Positions 47,947 through 58,528 are shown, counted from the stretch's first letter. The stretch is DNA of 64,000 nucleotides from an uncultured Candidatus Micrarchaeota archaeon (GCA_963714085.1 OY970229.1:32001-96000); one strand, 5' to 3'. Translations and numbers: made by a program. Notes: a model not told the origin generated them from the sequence alone.

Positions 47947-50571
47947 ATGCCAAATAACCTCATGGATAAAGTGAGCGCCAGCAACCTCCACGGCCTGGGG
48001 TTCGACGACCTGTCCGCAGTCATCACCTACCACCAGGACGAGTCCGTAAGGGCAGCCGCGCTCATGGCCTACGCTGAGGAGGCCGACTCGCACGAAAGGC
48101 TGGCGATCATTATGCAAACCGCCCCTGTTCCCCCTGCTTCAGTGGAAGAGGCGATGAGGGCCGCAATCAGCCGCTGGACGAAATTAGGGCATTACCGGAG
48201 CGTGTCAGAGCTGCTCCGGGCAGAAGGGCTCCCGAAGCTGGATGACGCACCGGCGCTGTGCGAGGCCGCGGTCAATGTGCGGTCGGACAGGATAGTGGCT
48301 AAAGAGCCCGAATACGACACTTACGGCGCTTTCATAGCCATACCCAGGGACCCGCTGCTCCCGGATCCGATAAGGGAAGCCCAGGGCAGGCGCATGGTCA
48401 ATATCCTCGCGGCCAGCAACGATTATGAGGAGCTCGCGGAGGTCTCGGGCATGGCCGACCTGCCGCAGGCGGTCAGGGACGCGGCTGCAGAGGAAACCGA
48501 GCCGGCCATGACCCGCGCTGTGTTCGCTGCCGGGCAGGCGACCAAGGATGCGGAGAGAACGGTCTTCGGGTTGTGCAGCCTGATAAAGAAGGACGGAACC
48601 AGCGACCAGGTGAAGCTCGTAGCGGTGACCGTCGTGGTGCGCAGGATGGAAAAGCCAAAGGACCTTGAAGCGCTGCTCGAACTCGCGGAGATCGAGAAGC
48701 TGCCTTCCGAAGCAGTGCCGAAAATCACGCAGGCACTGGGAAGGATCGCGCTGACAATCATCAGGAAAAGGATGGACGACTGGATCGCGGAACAGGGCGC
48801 TAAAGCAAAGGAAGCGAAACTTCTGGTACCGGACGGCCTCAGCAGGGACGACCCTGCTGAGAAGGAGTATTACCAGTGGAAAAGCGAGCTGTGCAGGACC
48901 ATAGCCGCGAGCAGGCATTTCCCGGAGCGTGTCAGGAACGAGGCTGGCACGGTGCTCTACGACCTCCACAGGAGGTTCGGAAAAGCCGACGATTTCGGAT
49001 ATTCCTACAATAACCCGGATAATCCTCCGGAGATGCGCAGGAGGATGGGCCTGGCAGCGCTGGAAAGGCACGATGCGGGCAAGGATTGCTATCACATCCT
49101 TGGCATGGCTTACGGAGAGGACGGCGTCCGGTCGGTGCAGGAACGGGCCAAAGAGATGATCAGCGAACGGCTCGACGAGTTCATCGCATACTGCGGAAAA
49201 ACGAAGGATTACAGGCGACTGACCGCCATGTCGAATGACGAGGCGATAAAGGGCCGCGGGAAGATAGGCCAGGACACGATAGATAACGTCATCAGGCAGG
49301 CGATCGCCGGCGCATCGCAGGAGCAGGACTGCTGCGCGCTCAGGAGGATGGAGATCGACGAAGGGCTGGACACTCATCTGAGGGCAGAGGCCGGAGCGGC
49401 GATCGGCCCTGTGCTCGACGAGCTGGTCGCAGCCCCGGACTCCCAGGATGTCAGGACGAATCTCTCGTCCATCAAGAACATCAAGATTTTCAGCGAGAGC
49501 GAGCGGGTGCGGGCAGGAAAGAGGCTGGCTGACCTCTGCGCCGCATCCGGCGACACGCGCGAGCTCGAATCTTTCGAAAACCGCGAACCGCCGGAGGAGC
49601 TCAGAGCTCATGTGGTGCAGGCGCTCGAGGCTGCGAGGCTGAATTACGTGGCCGGGCTGGACCCGGCGGATGTGATGGGTATCTACCCGGCGTATCTGGG
49701 ATTGAAAGAACTGCTCAGACGCCCGGGCCTCGGGCCGAACGTGGAATCCGCGGCCATGGGAAAGCTGGATGCCATCGCCCTGGCTGCCGCGGCGAGGTAC
49801 GCGAGCTACAAGAACCATGTTAGCCTGAAGGACATGAGGGGGTTCTCCAGGCTCTCGGCCGGTGCTAGGCGGACCGTGGAGCTGCTGCTCGTGGATACGA
49901 TAATCCCCGGCGACTGGAGCGAGCTGAGCAGCATCGCGAAGGACGCCTCGTTCCATCCGGACGCGAGGGAGGCCGCTGCCCTGAAAACGGTTGCCTACGA
50001 AGGAGCGAGTAGCAACGACGCGTTCGAGTTCGCGTGCGACGCGGAAGTTCCGCTGGCGGGAAGGGCGGCTGCGGCGAGGAAGGCGCTGGCAGATGCGGAA
50101 GCCCACGGAAGGCTCAAGGAGACCGTGCACCTGATGAACGATGCAGGCATGCCGGAAGAGGTGAGGCAGATGGCGAGGGACCTGTACCCCGCAGTGCTCG
50201 CTGCGGCTTCGGCCAAGGTCGTCCGGGACAGTTATGACGAGTGGTTCTTCGATTTCCTACGGCTCACTGAGAAAGCGCCGGACGGCGTGGAGGTGCCGCG
50301 GCTCCAAATCATGAGAAGCGCCGCCTGCGATGCGTTCATGGCTGGCAAGGAGCAGAGCAGGAACCTGGTATTCTTCATGCATGTGTGCGAGCGCGCTGAG
50401 GCGACAGGGCCCATGAAGGAAAACGCCGGAAGGGTGCTGCGCGAGGCCGGGCTCACGCTTTTCGACGCGACGGCTCCGCTGCATGACGCTGGTTTGAAGG
50501 AAAAGTACAAGCTGTTCATCAGGCGCAGGGACCAGGCGCCGGCTCCGGCGAAGAAGGCTACGGTTGGCTAG
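47947..50571 (+). CDS. Large alpha-solenoid hypothetical protein (874 aa)
   Basis: Recurrent L..IA.D..LP..VR.AAG helical units. Confidence 0.75.
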   Translation: MPNNLMDKVSASNLHGLGFDDLSAVITYHQDESVRAAALMAYAEEADSHERLAIIMQTAPVPPASVEEAMRAAISRWTKLGHYRSVSELLRAEGLPKLDDAPALCEAAVNVRSDRIVAKEPEYDTYGAFIAIPRDPLLPDPIREAQGRRMVNILAASNDYEELAEVSGMADLPQAVRDAAAEETEPAMTRAVFAAGQATKDAERTVFGLCSLIKKDGTSDQVKLVAVTVVVRRMEKPKDLEALLELAEIEKLPSEAVPKITQALGRIALTIIRKRMDDWIAEQGAKAKEAKLLVPDGLSRDDPAEKEYYQWKSELCRTIAASRHFPERVRNEAGTVLYDLHRRFGKADDFGYSYNNPDNPPEMRRRMGLAALERHDAGKDCYHILGMAYGEDGVRSVQERAKEMISERLDEFIAYCGKTKDYRRLTAMSNDEAIKGRGKIGQDTIDNVIRQAIAGASQEQDCCALRRMEIDEGLDTHLRAEAGAAIGPVLDELVAAPDSQDVRTNLSSIKNIKIFSESERVRAGKRLADLCAASGDTRELESFENREPPEELRAHVVQALEAARLNYVAGLDPADVMGIYPAYLGLKELLRRPGLGPNVESAAMGKLDAIALAAAARYASYKNHVSLKDMRGFSRLSAGARRTVELLLVDTIIPGDWSELSSIAKDASFHPDAREAAALKTVAYEGASSNDAFEFACDAEVPLAGRAAAARKALADAEAHGRLKETVHLMNDAGMPEEVRQMARDLYPAVLAAASAKVVRDSYDEWFFDFLRLTEKAPDGVEVPRLQIMRSAACDAFMAGKEQSRNLVFFMHVCERAEATGPMKENAGRVLREAGLTLFDATAPLHDAGLKEKYKLFIRRRDQAPAPAKKATVG

Positions 50572-50640
50572 ATCCGCGCTCCGAACCTTATATATTATAA
50601 AATCCGCCCCACCTAGTGGTAGACAGGGAGGGGTGGGCAT

Positions 50641-51525
50641 ATGTTTGTCGCAGTATTATCGGACAAGCCTGAGCTGAGGGAGCAGTTCTGCAAGCTCGTG
50701 GGCAAGGAGACTGGGAAGGATGATATCAGCTTCTACGCCGCTAATTTCAACGGGAGGATAATCACATTGGTGGAGCCGACGTTGTATCCTGACAAGATCC
50801 AGCCGCTGCTTTATTCGCTCTCCATGGCGGATTACGTGGTGCTGCTCGCGGACGGGCTGACTCCGAAGATAGGCGAGATAGTCGTGGCCCTCAACGCGCT
50901 CAAGCTGGACAAGGGCATTGTCGTATCGAGCGCGCCGCTCCCCCTGGCCGGAACGGTCCTGGACAAATACGAGAAAGTCACGGACATGAACGCCGCGAAG
51001 GAGAAGGTGCTCTCGCTCCAGCGCGGTGAGCCGGGCGAGAACGCCCTCGCGCTCGTTGACAAGGCGTTCGCAGTGAAATCCGTTGGCAACGTCGCCTTGG
51101 GGGTAGTGAAATCCGGCAAACTGAAGAAGCACGACAAGCTGTTCCTGCTGCCTGACAAGAAGGAGCTCGAGGTCAGGACCATCCAGATAAACGACGCAGA
51201 CTGCGAGGAGGCGGATGCCGGCGCGAGGTTCGGCATAGCGTACAAGGGAGACCTGCTCGAGCGCGGCATACTGGTTCCCCTTAGGAACGAGTTCCAGGTG
51301 GAGAGTATAGTGAACGGCAGGTTCGTGAAGAGCCCGTTCTTCAAGGACGAATTGAAGGGCAGGATACACGCGTACTCCAACATGCAGTTCGTGGAGGGCA
51401 ACGTTTTCGAGAACGAGCTGAAGCTCGCCGCGCCGCTGGCATTCGAGAAGGGCGAGCTCATCCTCGTGGTGGACGCAAGCAACCAGAAGCTGCGCATCGC
51501 CGGCGTGTTCCAGAGCAAGTGGTGA
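50641..51525 (+). CDS. Archaeal SelB-like (aSelBL) translation-factor homolog with degenerate GTPase domain
   Basis: YPDKIQPLL and VDKAFAVKSVGNVALGVVKSG (EF-Tu domain II); no GxxxxGKS. Confidence 0.8.
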   Translation: MFVAVLSDKPELREQFCKLVGKETGKDDISFYAANFNGRIITLVEPTLYPDKIQPLLYSLSMADYVVLLADGLTPKIGEIVVALNALKLDKGIVVSSAPLPLAGTVLDKYEKVTDMNAAKEKVLSLQRGEPGENALALVDKAFAVKSVGNVALGVVKSGKLKKHDKLFLLPDKKELEVRTIQINDADCEEADAGARFGIAYKGDLLERGILVPLRNEFQVESIVNGRFVKSPFFKDELKGRIHAYSNMQFVEGNVFENELKLAAPLAFEKGELILVVDASNQKLRIAGVFQSKW

Positions 51526-51602
51526 GCGGCCATATTGTGATAGAAGGCATACGAAAAGGCGATTTTATAAATTCTTTTGCGGAATGACATTGTCGATACT
51601 GC

Positions 51603-52160
51603 ATGAAATACGATACTGCTCCCCGGCCTGCGAACGTAACGGCCCGCAATGCTGCGGCAGCTTTCCGGCCTGTTGACCAGCCGCTCGATGAGAAGATAGC
51701 CAGGACACAGAAGCCCTGCATCGCAACGATATGCTTGCTGCGCTCCGAGTCCCCTGAATCCGTAGTCAGGAAGTTCAAGGTCGAGAGCGGGCAGGAGGAG
51801 CAGCTCTTCAACGTCGGCCTGTACCAAAGGCAGGGGGACGTCATACTGAAGTACCCCGAACAGGTCGCGCTCGTGGCCATAGACCAGGAGGACAGAGTGG
51901 TCCTGCTCCGGAACCAGAACCGCAAAAAGATCACGCTCGCGGAACGTGGCGAGACCGTGCGCGTAGGAACCGGAAGGTACAGGCTCTACCTGGAGCGCAT
52001 AGAAGAGCGATCAGTCGCCGACAACCATGGGCTTCCCGCGCCTCAAGCGGCCGAGCCTGGCAGAGACGAGGCTCCTCCCAGCGATGGGAGCAGGGATGCC
52101 GATCGAGGCGCCCCCTCGTCCCGGGTTCGGTGCCGGCCTGGCAAAACAGACTGGGATTAA
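51603..52160 (+). CDS. Hypothetical protein, paralog of 54572..55123
   Basis: LVAIDQEDRVVLL..KKITLAERGETVRVGTG..LYLERI. Confidence 0.7.
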   Translation: MKYDTAPRPANVTARNAAAAFRPVDQPLDEKIARTQKPCIATICLLRSESPESVVRKFKVESGQEEQLFNVGLYQRQGDVILKYPEQVALVAIDQEDRVVLLRNQNRKKITLAERGETVRVGTGRYRLYLERIEERSVADNHGLPAPQAAEPGRDEAPPSDGSRDADRGAPSSRVRCRPGKTDWD

Positions 52161-52186
52161 ATATTCGTCCTGGACTGGATGTATCC

Positions 52187-52885
52187 ATGAAGCGCATGAT
52201 ATTGTTGCTCGTCGCGGTCTCCCTGCTGTGCTCCGGCTGCACCCAGCACGCGCCCAATCCCCAGAACGCCACCAACACGCCGGTGTCGAATGCCACGACG
52301 AACATCACCGATACCCGGTATCTCCAGGAATCGCTCGCGCTCATCAGCCAGGCCAACGCCTCGGTGAACAACGCATCGGCTTATGTCTGCGCAGGGAACA
52401 CGCAGGGGTTTTATCTGCAGAACCAGCTCGATTACGAGAGCCAGGCCAACGGCTATGTCAGCCAGGCATCGTCCGATTTCAGCAGCGCCGATTACCAGGA
52501 CGCGCTGATCGCGGCATTGGACGCGGAGGCGTCCGCGGACTCCGAGCTGCTCCTCTCGTATTACACCTGCGGCCCCAGGGAGTACGACGGGAACCTCATC
52601 AACGAATCGCTCGACGCGATCGCCGCGGCCAACGCTTCCATCAGCAATGCATCCATGTACGTCTGCGCCGGGAATTCGGAGGAGTTCTACGTGCAGAACC
52701 AGCTGGATTACCAGAACCAAGCCGACGCCTATTTCGACCAGGCGGTTTCGGATTCCAGAAGCGGCGATTATCCGGACGCGCTGATCTCGGCATTGGACGC
52801 GGAAACCGCCGCGGATGCGGAGCGGCTCCTTTCCGAGTACACCTGCGGCCCGCCGGAGTACGATAGCGGCACGATCCCGGTATAG
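52187..52885 (+). CDS. Lipoprotein with two 92-aa acidic helical repeats
   Basis: LLCSGC lipobox; YVCAGN..QNQLDY..DALI.ALDAE..YTCGP.EYD twice (276-nt period). Confidence 0.85.
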   Translation: MKRMILLLVAVSLLCSGCTQHAPNPQNATNTPVSNATTNITDTRYLQESLALISQANASVNNASAYVCAGNTQGFYLQNQLDYESQANGYVSQASSDFSSADYQDALIAALDAEASADSELLLSYYTCGPREYDGNLINESLDAIAAANASISNASMYVCAGNSEEFYVQNQLDYQNQADAYFDQAVSDSRSGDYPDALISALDAETAADAERLLSEYTCGPPEYDSGTIPV

Positions 52886-52901
52886 CGATCCCGCGCTGGG
52901 A

Positions 52902-53645
52902 TCAGAGCTCGCGGTCGTCCTCCGCTGCTTCCGTGTCCGGGAAGATGGTTCTCGCCCTTCTTTGCGCATCCATGCGCGCTTCATGCGAGTCGTATTGCAC
53001 CGGATCGAAATGGGTGAGGACCAACCTCTTGGCGCCGGCCTTGCGCGCGGCCTCGGCCGCCTCTTCCGGGGCCAGATGGGGCCAGGTGGGCACGTGGTTG
53101 CGCTCCTTCCATGAGCACTCGCTGATGAGGAGGTCCGCGTCCTTCGCGAGCTTGATGTAATTTTCGCACACGCCGGTATCGGTGCAGTACGCTATCTTCT
53201 TGCCTTCGAGCATGAGCGAGTAGCCGAAGCACGGGTCCTTGTGCACGAGGTAGCGGGCTTCTATGCCCATAGCTCCGACCTTGTTCATCCCTTCCTTGAG
53301 GTCCATGATATCGACGCGCATGGGAAGTATGTCCATGGGGGCCGTGAACGGGGCCGCGAGCAATATCGAGAGCGTCTTCTCGGTCCCCGGCTGGCCGAGT
53401 ATCGTCATGCCCTGGGGGAACGCGAATTTCGGCAGTATGTGCAGGCCGAAGGTGTGGTCCAGGTGGAAATGGCTCAGGAGCAGGAGGATGGGCTTGGTCT
53501 TGTCCGTGATGTAGCGGTCTATCTTGCGGATGCCGTTCCCCGCGTCCAGGATGACATATGCCTCCTTGGAGTCTATCAGGGTGCAGAGAGTCTCGCCTGT
53601 CTCCGAATCGAACCAGCCGTTGGTGCCGAGGAAATGTATCTTCAT
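52902..53645 (-). CDS. RNase Z-like MBL-fold hydrolase
   Basis: FLGTNG, SHFHLDH, YCTDT and LVLTHF motifs. Confidence 0.88.
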   Translation of the reverse strand: MKIHFLGTNGWFDSETGETLCTLIDSKEAYVILDAGNGIRKIDRYITDKTKPILLLLSHFHLDHTFGLHILPKFAFPQGMTILGQPGTEKTLSILLAAPFTAPMDILPMRVDIMDLKEGMNKVGAMGIEARYLVHKDPCFGYSLMLEGKKIAYCTDTGVCENYIKLAKDADLLISECSWKERNHVPTWPHLAPEEAAEAARKAGAKRLVLTHFDPVQYDSHEARMDAQRRARTIFPDTEAAEDDREL

Positions 53646-53842
53646 GGGTTATGGATTGGAAGCCAGGGTTTTAGTGCTTTGCTGGCTCCGGTTCCATTCC
53701 AAGCGGCGGTCATATTATGAAAAACATATTTGTTCGTTTATTTATATCCTTAGCTATCAAGCTCTGCGAAATGATACTGTGTAAATTGTCCAGCAGTAAT
53801 TCTTTTTAATTGTTTGCTTTAATGTTAAATAGAGTTGAAAAA

Positions 53843-54511
53843 ATGTCGACATGGTGCAGATTATTTGGAACTTCGCATGCAACCACGAAAGCCCTTGCCA
53901 GCGCATCGAGAAGCAAGGACACGGAAATGAAAGCCAAGGTTGTGGACGAGCTGGGCCGTAGATTCTTCGGGAGCCAGAAAGCGGTAGGCAAAATAGCGGC
54001 TAAAGCAAACGATTTCGACAGGGCTGTGTTAATCGAAAGTTTGGTAAAGGCCAATCATATTCATATCATTGACAACATCTTACATCCTGGAAGTATAAAG
54101 ACTAAGACACTAATCAAGATTATGGTGGCTGGATTCAGTGAAGAAGAACGTAGCCAGCTTGTACACGCAAGATCAAACGGATTGCTGAAGGTGCTTTTGG
54201 AATGCACGGACTGTAGGCCGGTGGCCAGTGGCGCCTTGGCCCTCCTGCTCTCACGCACTACCCCAAAAACTCAATATGTTGTAGATGGAACACGAACAGA
54301 TCAAGAGGAAATTGATGCTTGGTATCCGCATGAGCCTGCTGGCGTTCCGCTTGCGCGTGAGACGGGTACAATCGGTCATTGCGAGTATTCCGGCATCGAC
54401 GTTGTGCATGCCCGGCAATTTTTGAAGGGATACGAAGAGCCGAAAGCCAAGGAAATAATGGATGCCCTTAGAACTATCAACCCGGAGTTATGGGGCAGGT
54501 TAACTGGCTGA
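53843..54511 (+). CDS. Hypothetical protein (AT-rich)
   Basis: Only long ORF in an AT-rich patch. Confidence 0.6.
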   Translation: MSTWCRLFGTSHATTKALASASRSKDTEMKAKVVDELGRRFFGSQKAVGKIAAKANDFDRAVLIESLVKANHIHIIDNILHPGSIKTKTLIKIMVAGFSEEERSQLVHARSNGLLKVLLECTDCRPVASGALALLLSRTTPKTQYVVDGTRTDQEEIDAWYPHEPAGVPLARETGTIGHCEYSGIDVVHARQFLKGYEEPKAKEIMDALRTINPELWGRLTG

Positions 54512-54571
54512 GTCTGTGGAATATGCAGATAGCCAGGGGAAGAGCAAACTAATATAGGCTATGGAGATGAC

Positions 54572-55123
54572 ATGGAACCAAAGACCCCGCGATTCGCGGA
54601 AGTAGTGCCTATCAACGCCAAGGTTGCGGAACTCAGGGCTGCCAGAGCTGTCGCTGCGTCTCAACCCGCCGCATCGGCAGAGGCTCCGCTTGATGAGGGA
54701 AGGATGGACGCAAGACGCGGTACTAATACGCTCAACAGCGCTTCCATCTTACTGCTGCGCGTCGGCTCCTCGACGCCCGACAAGCGGTTCGGGACGAACA
54801 GCATGAACAAGGGGAAGTTTTTCGACATCGGCGTGGTCGAGCATGGCACCGGAGTGAAAAAGGAGATAATGCTCATCGCCATCGACGCCGAGAGAAGGGA
54901 GGTCCTGCTCCTGGACTGGTATGGAAAAAAAATCACGCTGACCGAGGGCGGCGAGAGCGTGCCGATAGGGAGCGGAAAGGTCGAACTCCGCCTCGAGCAT
55001 ATAGGAACGAAAGTGATGGATTACAAGTTCGACAGGACTCCGACCCGCATGATAGATGAGGTTATTTTCATGACTGCCCATCTCGATACGGAATGGGAAG
55101 GAAAATACCGCGACATATGGTGA
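54572..55123 (+). CDS. Hypothetical protein, paralog of 51603..52160
   Basis: LIAIDAERREVLL..KKITLTEGGESVPIGSG..LRLEHI. Confidence 0.7.
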   Translation: MEPKTPRFAEVVPINAKVAELRAARAVAASQPAASAEAPLDEGRMDARRGTNTLNSASILLLRVGSSTPDKRFGTNSMNKGKFFDIGVVEHGTGVKKEIMLIAIDAERREVLLLDWYGKKITLTEGGESVPIGSGKVELRLEHIGTKVMDYKFDRTPTRMIDEVIFMTAHLDTEWEGKYRDIW

Positions 55124-55201
55124 GCGTACCGACCGAATGTGTTCCGGACGCCCTGAGGGCGTCGGCGACTTATTATTAAGATTAGCGAGTTTATTTTAAT
55201 C

Positions 55202-56143
55202 ATGGACACGGGAAGGATCCTGGTCATCGGGGCCGGTGTTAACGGCTCGGTGTGCGCCTCAGGCCTGCAGAACGCAGGGATAGACGTCACTGTGCTCGCG
55301 CGCGGGACGCGCTACGATGAGATAAAGAAGGAAGGGATAGTCATAGTGGACGCGTTCAGCAACAAGCGGAGCGTCACCAAAGTGAAGGTCATCAAGACTC
55401 TGAAACCAGATGACGTCTATGATTATGTCCTCGTCATAGTCCGCAGGAACCAGATATCAGGAGTTTTGCCTCTTTTGGCCGGGAACAGGTCCCAAAACAT
55501 CGTCTTCATGGGCAACAACCTGGCCGGCTCGGAGGAGTACACGGACGCACTGGGGAAAGGCCGGGTCATGTTCGGCTTCCCCTTTGCCGGCGGAAGGAGA
55601 GAGGGCGACATCATCAAGGCAGTGACCATCGGATCTCTCACCGCCCCGTTCGGGGAGATAGACGGCTCCATCACCCCGCGGCTGAAACGCCTTGTCGCGA
55701 TCATACGCCAGGCAGGGTTCAGCGCCGAACCCTCCACCCGGATCATGGATTTCCTTTTCACGCACGGGGCCGGGGTTCCTCTGTTCGCCAACCTGATCCT
55801 CAAGCACGGATGCGACACCCGCGCCCTTGCAAGATCCCCCGCGGACCTCGGCCTTCTCGTGGATTCCATGCGCGAATCGCTCTCCGTCCTCCGCGCCCTC
55901 GGGCACAGGATAGTCCCTGGAAGCATGCGCGTGATAGAGATCGTCCCGCGCTTCGTCCTGGTCGTGTTCCTCAGGTTCGCCCTCGCTTCGAAGCTGGCCG
56001 AGGTCGGAGGCGCGTACCACGTGTCCCAGGCGCCGGACGAGATGGAATTCCTCGGCAAGGAGCTCGAGGCTCTCGTGGAGAAGTCCGGCCTGAGCGCCCC
56101 AGCGATAAGGATGGTCCTGGCGATGGGCGAGGCTGAGCATTAG
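55202..56143 (+). CDS. Ketopantoate reductase (PanE/ApbA)-family oxidoreductase
   Basis: ILVIGAGVNGS Rossmann motif; YDYVLVIVR; FMGNN; GFPFAGG. Confidence 0.85.
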   Translation: MDTGRILVIGAGVNGSVCASGLQNAGIDVTVLARGTRYDEIKKEGIVIVDAFSNKRSVTKVKVIKTLKPDDVYDYVLVIVRRNQISGVLPLLAGNRSQNIVFMGNNLAGSEEYTDALGKGRVMFGFPFAGGRREGDIIKAVTIGSLTAPFGEIDGSITPRLKRLVAIIRQAGFSAEPSTRIMDFLFTHGAGVPLFANLILKHGCDTRALARSPADLGLLVDSMRESLSVLRALGHRIVPGSMRVIEIVPRFVLVVFLRFALASKLAEVGGAYHVSQAPDEMEFLGKELEALVEKSGLSAPAIRMVLAMGEAEH

Positions 56144-56170
56144 AATTTTGCTCTTATTCCGGTCGACCGC

Positions 56171-56884
56171 CTAGCGCAGCGTTTCCCCGTACTTATTGCC
56201 GTATGCGAAGGATCCGACGTCCCTGCGGACCCTCAGGTATTTCCATTGCCTGGTCGGATATCCCAGCCTGATCGCGAACGAGACTGCCATGTGTTTCGGT
56301 ATGCCGAGCACCCTCTTCAGCTCCTTCTGCACGGAATCGTCGCTGAACACGCTCATTATCTGGAACCCGACGCCCAGCTCCTGCGCCATGAGCCACATGT
56401 TCTCCATCACGCAGCCGAGGCCCAGCGTCCCCAGCTCGTCCCCCTCGGATGCCGGCGCCCTCTTCCGCGTGTCGTGGAGCACGATCAGCACGGTAGGGCT
56501 CCCCTTGATGGTCTCGTCCAGCGTCCCGTTGGTCTCCTCTTTTATGGCCTTCTCGAGCTTGGCCTTATCGCGCCACGCTGGAGGGAACCCGGCCCCGAGT
56601 ATACCGACCTTCTTGCGCGAGAGCTCCTCCTCGCTCATGGAGAGCTGGGTGAAATTCTCCCGGATGAATTCCGGAGACGGGTACGTGGTCACGTTCCCGA
56701 CCTGTTCGAGGACTTTCCTATCGTCGATGACGACAATCTCGAAATTCTGCATGTTGTGCGGGGTCGGAGCCCACCTCCCGGCCTCCAGGATCAGTTTTAC
56801 GTCTTCTTTGGGCACCTGCTTCCCCGGGTCGAAGGGGGCCCTGGTAGAATGCCTCCCCTGGATGGCTTTCAGCAGGTCTTCCAT
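56171..56884 (-). CDS. Nitroreductase-family protein
   Basis: RHSTR, WAPTPHNMQ and ENMWLMAQELGVG motifs. Confidence 0.92.
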   Translation of the reverse strand: MEDLLKAIQGRHSTRAPFDPGKQVPKEDVKLILEAGRWAPTPHNMQNFEIVVIDDRKVLEQVGNVTTYPSPEFIRENFTQLSMSEEELSRKKVGILGAGFPPAWRDKAKLEKAIKEETNGTLDETIKGSPTVLIVLHDTRKRAPASEGDELGTLGLGCVMENMWLMAQELGVGFQIMSVFSDDSVQKELKRVLGIPKHMAVSFAIRLGYPTRQWKYLRVRRDVGSFAYGNKYGETLR

Positions 56885-56905
56885 GGGTCGGCGCCTCGGA
56901 TTGGC

Positions 56906-58528
56906 TCAGAACCTCTTCCTTTTGAGCCTGTTCCCGCTCCTTAGCCTCCAATAGACTACCGCGGCGATGATTATGACGAGCGCCAGGGCGAATGGCCATA
57001 GCGAGCCGAGCACCGACGCTATCGAAGTCGCCGGGCGCGGCGGCGGCTGCTCCGTGGCAGCGCTGGGCAGCGCCTGTATCTGCAGGGTCCTCACCACCGT
57101 GCCGTTCTCCAGGTAGGAGACGTCGTAGATGCCCGTGTACACCAGCTGCAATGAGAAGTCTCCGGTCGAATTGGTCTTCCCGCTCACCTTGTTCCCGATG
57201 GGATCGGTTATCACGATGTCGCAGGCCACGCAGACGGAGTTGTCCTTCACCGCCTGCACGTTCGTGTTCTGCCCCACGAAGCCCGAGTTGGGGCCCCTGA
57301 GGTCGAAGCTCGTGCATATGTGATCCAGGCACGTCTGGCCATAGCCGCAGGGCGGGCAGACGGGGTCGGAGCCGCATTGGTAGGGCGTGAATGTGTGGTT
57401 CGCGGCGTTCCCGCAGCCGGTCAGGTTCATGCAGCTGCCTACGGTCGCCCCTGTTGGTATGACGCACTTCTGGTTATCCAGGCAGTTCGCATCAGAGCTG
57501 CAGTTGAACGTCTGGTTCGCCGGGCCGGGCGAGGTTTTCGGCGGTGTGACGTTCGCGGGCGGGGGTGGTGGCGCGCATGTGGTGAACGTGAACGTCGCGG
57601 TCCCTGGCGCGTAGCCGGCCTTGGAGGCGTCCGCCTCATAGGTCCCGTTAGTCGACAGAGAGAACGTGGCTGTTCCATCGCTGCCCGCGGTCTGCTGGCC
57701 GACCTCTCCTTCGGACGGGTTTGTGAGCATCAGCCGTATTTCCGCGTCTCCGCTCGAGGAGGTGATCGTCACGGATTCGCCCGGGCATGGGGCCCTCGAA
57801 TATCCGAGCGAGAGGGATGGGGTTGGCCCGGACGGCGATGGGACCGGCGGGACGGGCGGCGGCGCAGCCGGCCCTATACCGTTCACGAATATCGTGTAGT
57901 TGCCTCCGTCGGATGTGAGGGACACGGTCTGCCCCGGGGAAGCGATGGCGCTGTCCATCGTGGTGGAGTTGGGCCTCACGAGGCCGATGACGAGATACGG
58001 GACCACGGGCACGATCGCATGCCCCTGGTCGTCCGCCACGCCGGTCACGGTGACGTTCACGACGCTCCCGACCTGGCTGCTGGAGACCCCGTATGCGCCG
58101 ACGAACCAGTCCGCGGTGCTGAGGGTCCACCTGGTGGCACCGGCAAGACCCGGCGCGGGGGCTATGAAGACGTACGGTATCGACGGGTACCATGCGAGGA
58201 AGCTGCTTATCTCCAGCGGGACGATGGTGCAATTGCTCGCGTTGACGCTTGCGACCTGCACCGGCGCATGCTGCACCGGGATGTAATCGCCGTCCAGGCC
58301 GTCCGCGTATGCCAGTGCGACCCACTGGTTTAGGAGCGGCGCTCCGCCCTGCGAGCATATGCTGAGCATCGCGTCCGGATTGGCGATGCTGTTGTCAGCG
58401 TAGGACGCGGAGCTGTTGTCGTAGACCATCGAGGTGATTGCGCTGTCGTTGGCGCGGACCATCGCGACGTCGTAGGACTGGGCGAAAGCCAAGGAGAGCA
58501 GCAGCAGCGCGAATATTGCAGCCTTCAT
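56906..58528 (-). CDS. Membrane-anchored surface protein (signal peptide, novel N domain, Pro-rich linkers, Ig-like and Cys-rich domains, C-terminal TM)
   Basis: Start MKAAIFALLLLSLAFA; ends ALALVIIIAAVVYWRLRSGNRLKRKRF; TGATG overlap with the upstream gene. Confidence 0.85.
   Translation of the reverse strand: MKAAIFALLLLSLAFAQSYDVAMVRANDSAITSMVYDNSSASYADNSIANPDAMLSICSQGGAPLLNQWVALAYADGLDGDYIPVQHAPVQVASVNASNCTIVPLEISSFLAWYPSIPYVFIAPAPGLAGATRWTLSTADWFVGAYGVSSSQVGSVVNVTVTGVADDQGHAIVPVVPYLVIGLVRPNSTTMDSAIASPGQTVSLTSDGGNYTIFVNGIGPAAPPPVPPVPSPSGPTPSLSLGYSRAPCPGESVTITSSSGDAEIRLMLTNPSEGEVGQQTAGSDGTATFSLSTNGTYEADASKAGYAPGTATFTFTTCAPPPPPANVTPPKTSPGPANQTFNCSSDANCLDNQKCVIPTGATVGSCMNLTGCGNAANHTFTPYQCGSDPVCPPCGYGQTCLDHICTSFDLRGPNSGFVGQNTNVQAVKDNSVCVACDIVITDPIGNKVSGKTNSTGDFSLQLVYTGIYDVSYLENGTVVRTLQIQALPSAATEQPPPRPATSIASVLGSLWPFALALVIIIAAVVYWRLRSGNRLKRKRF

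Noticed and set aside
50641..51525. Selenocysteine machinery (SelB)
   Set aside because: Degenerate GTPase typical of aSelBL; no in-frame UGA genes or SECIS seen.
52027..52866. Frameshift in 51603..52160 continuing in another frame
   Set aside because: The annotated frame stops cleanly before the next gene, and the alternative frame overlaps the lipoprotein.
55147..55163. gacgccc-tga-gggcgtc hairpin (also the stem at about 5302-5321)
   Set aside because: Single short stems with no further copies seen; at most ordinary terminators.
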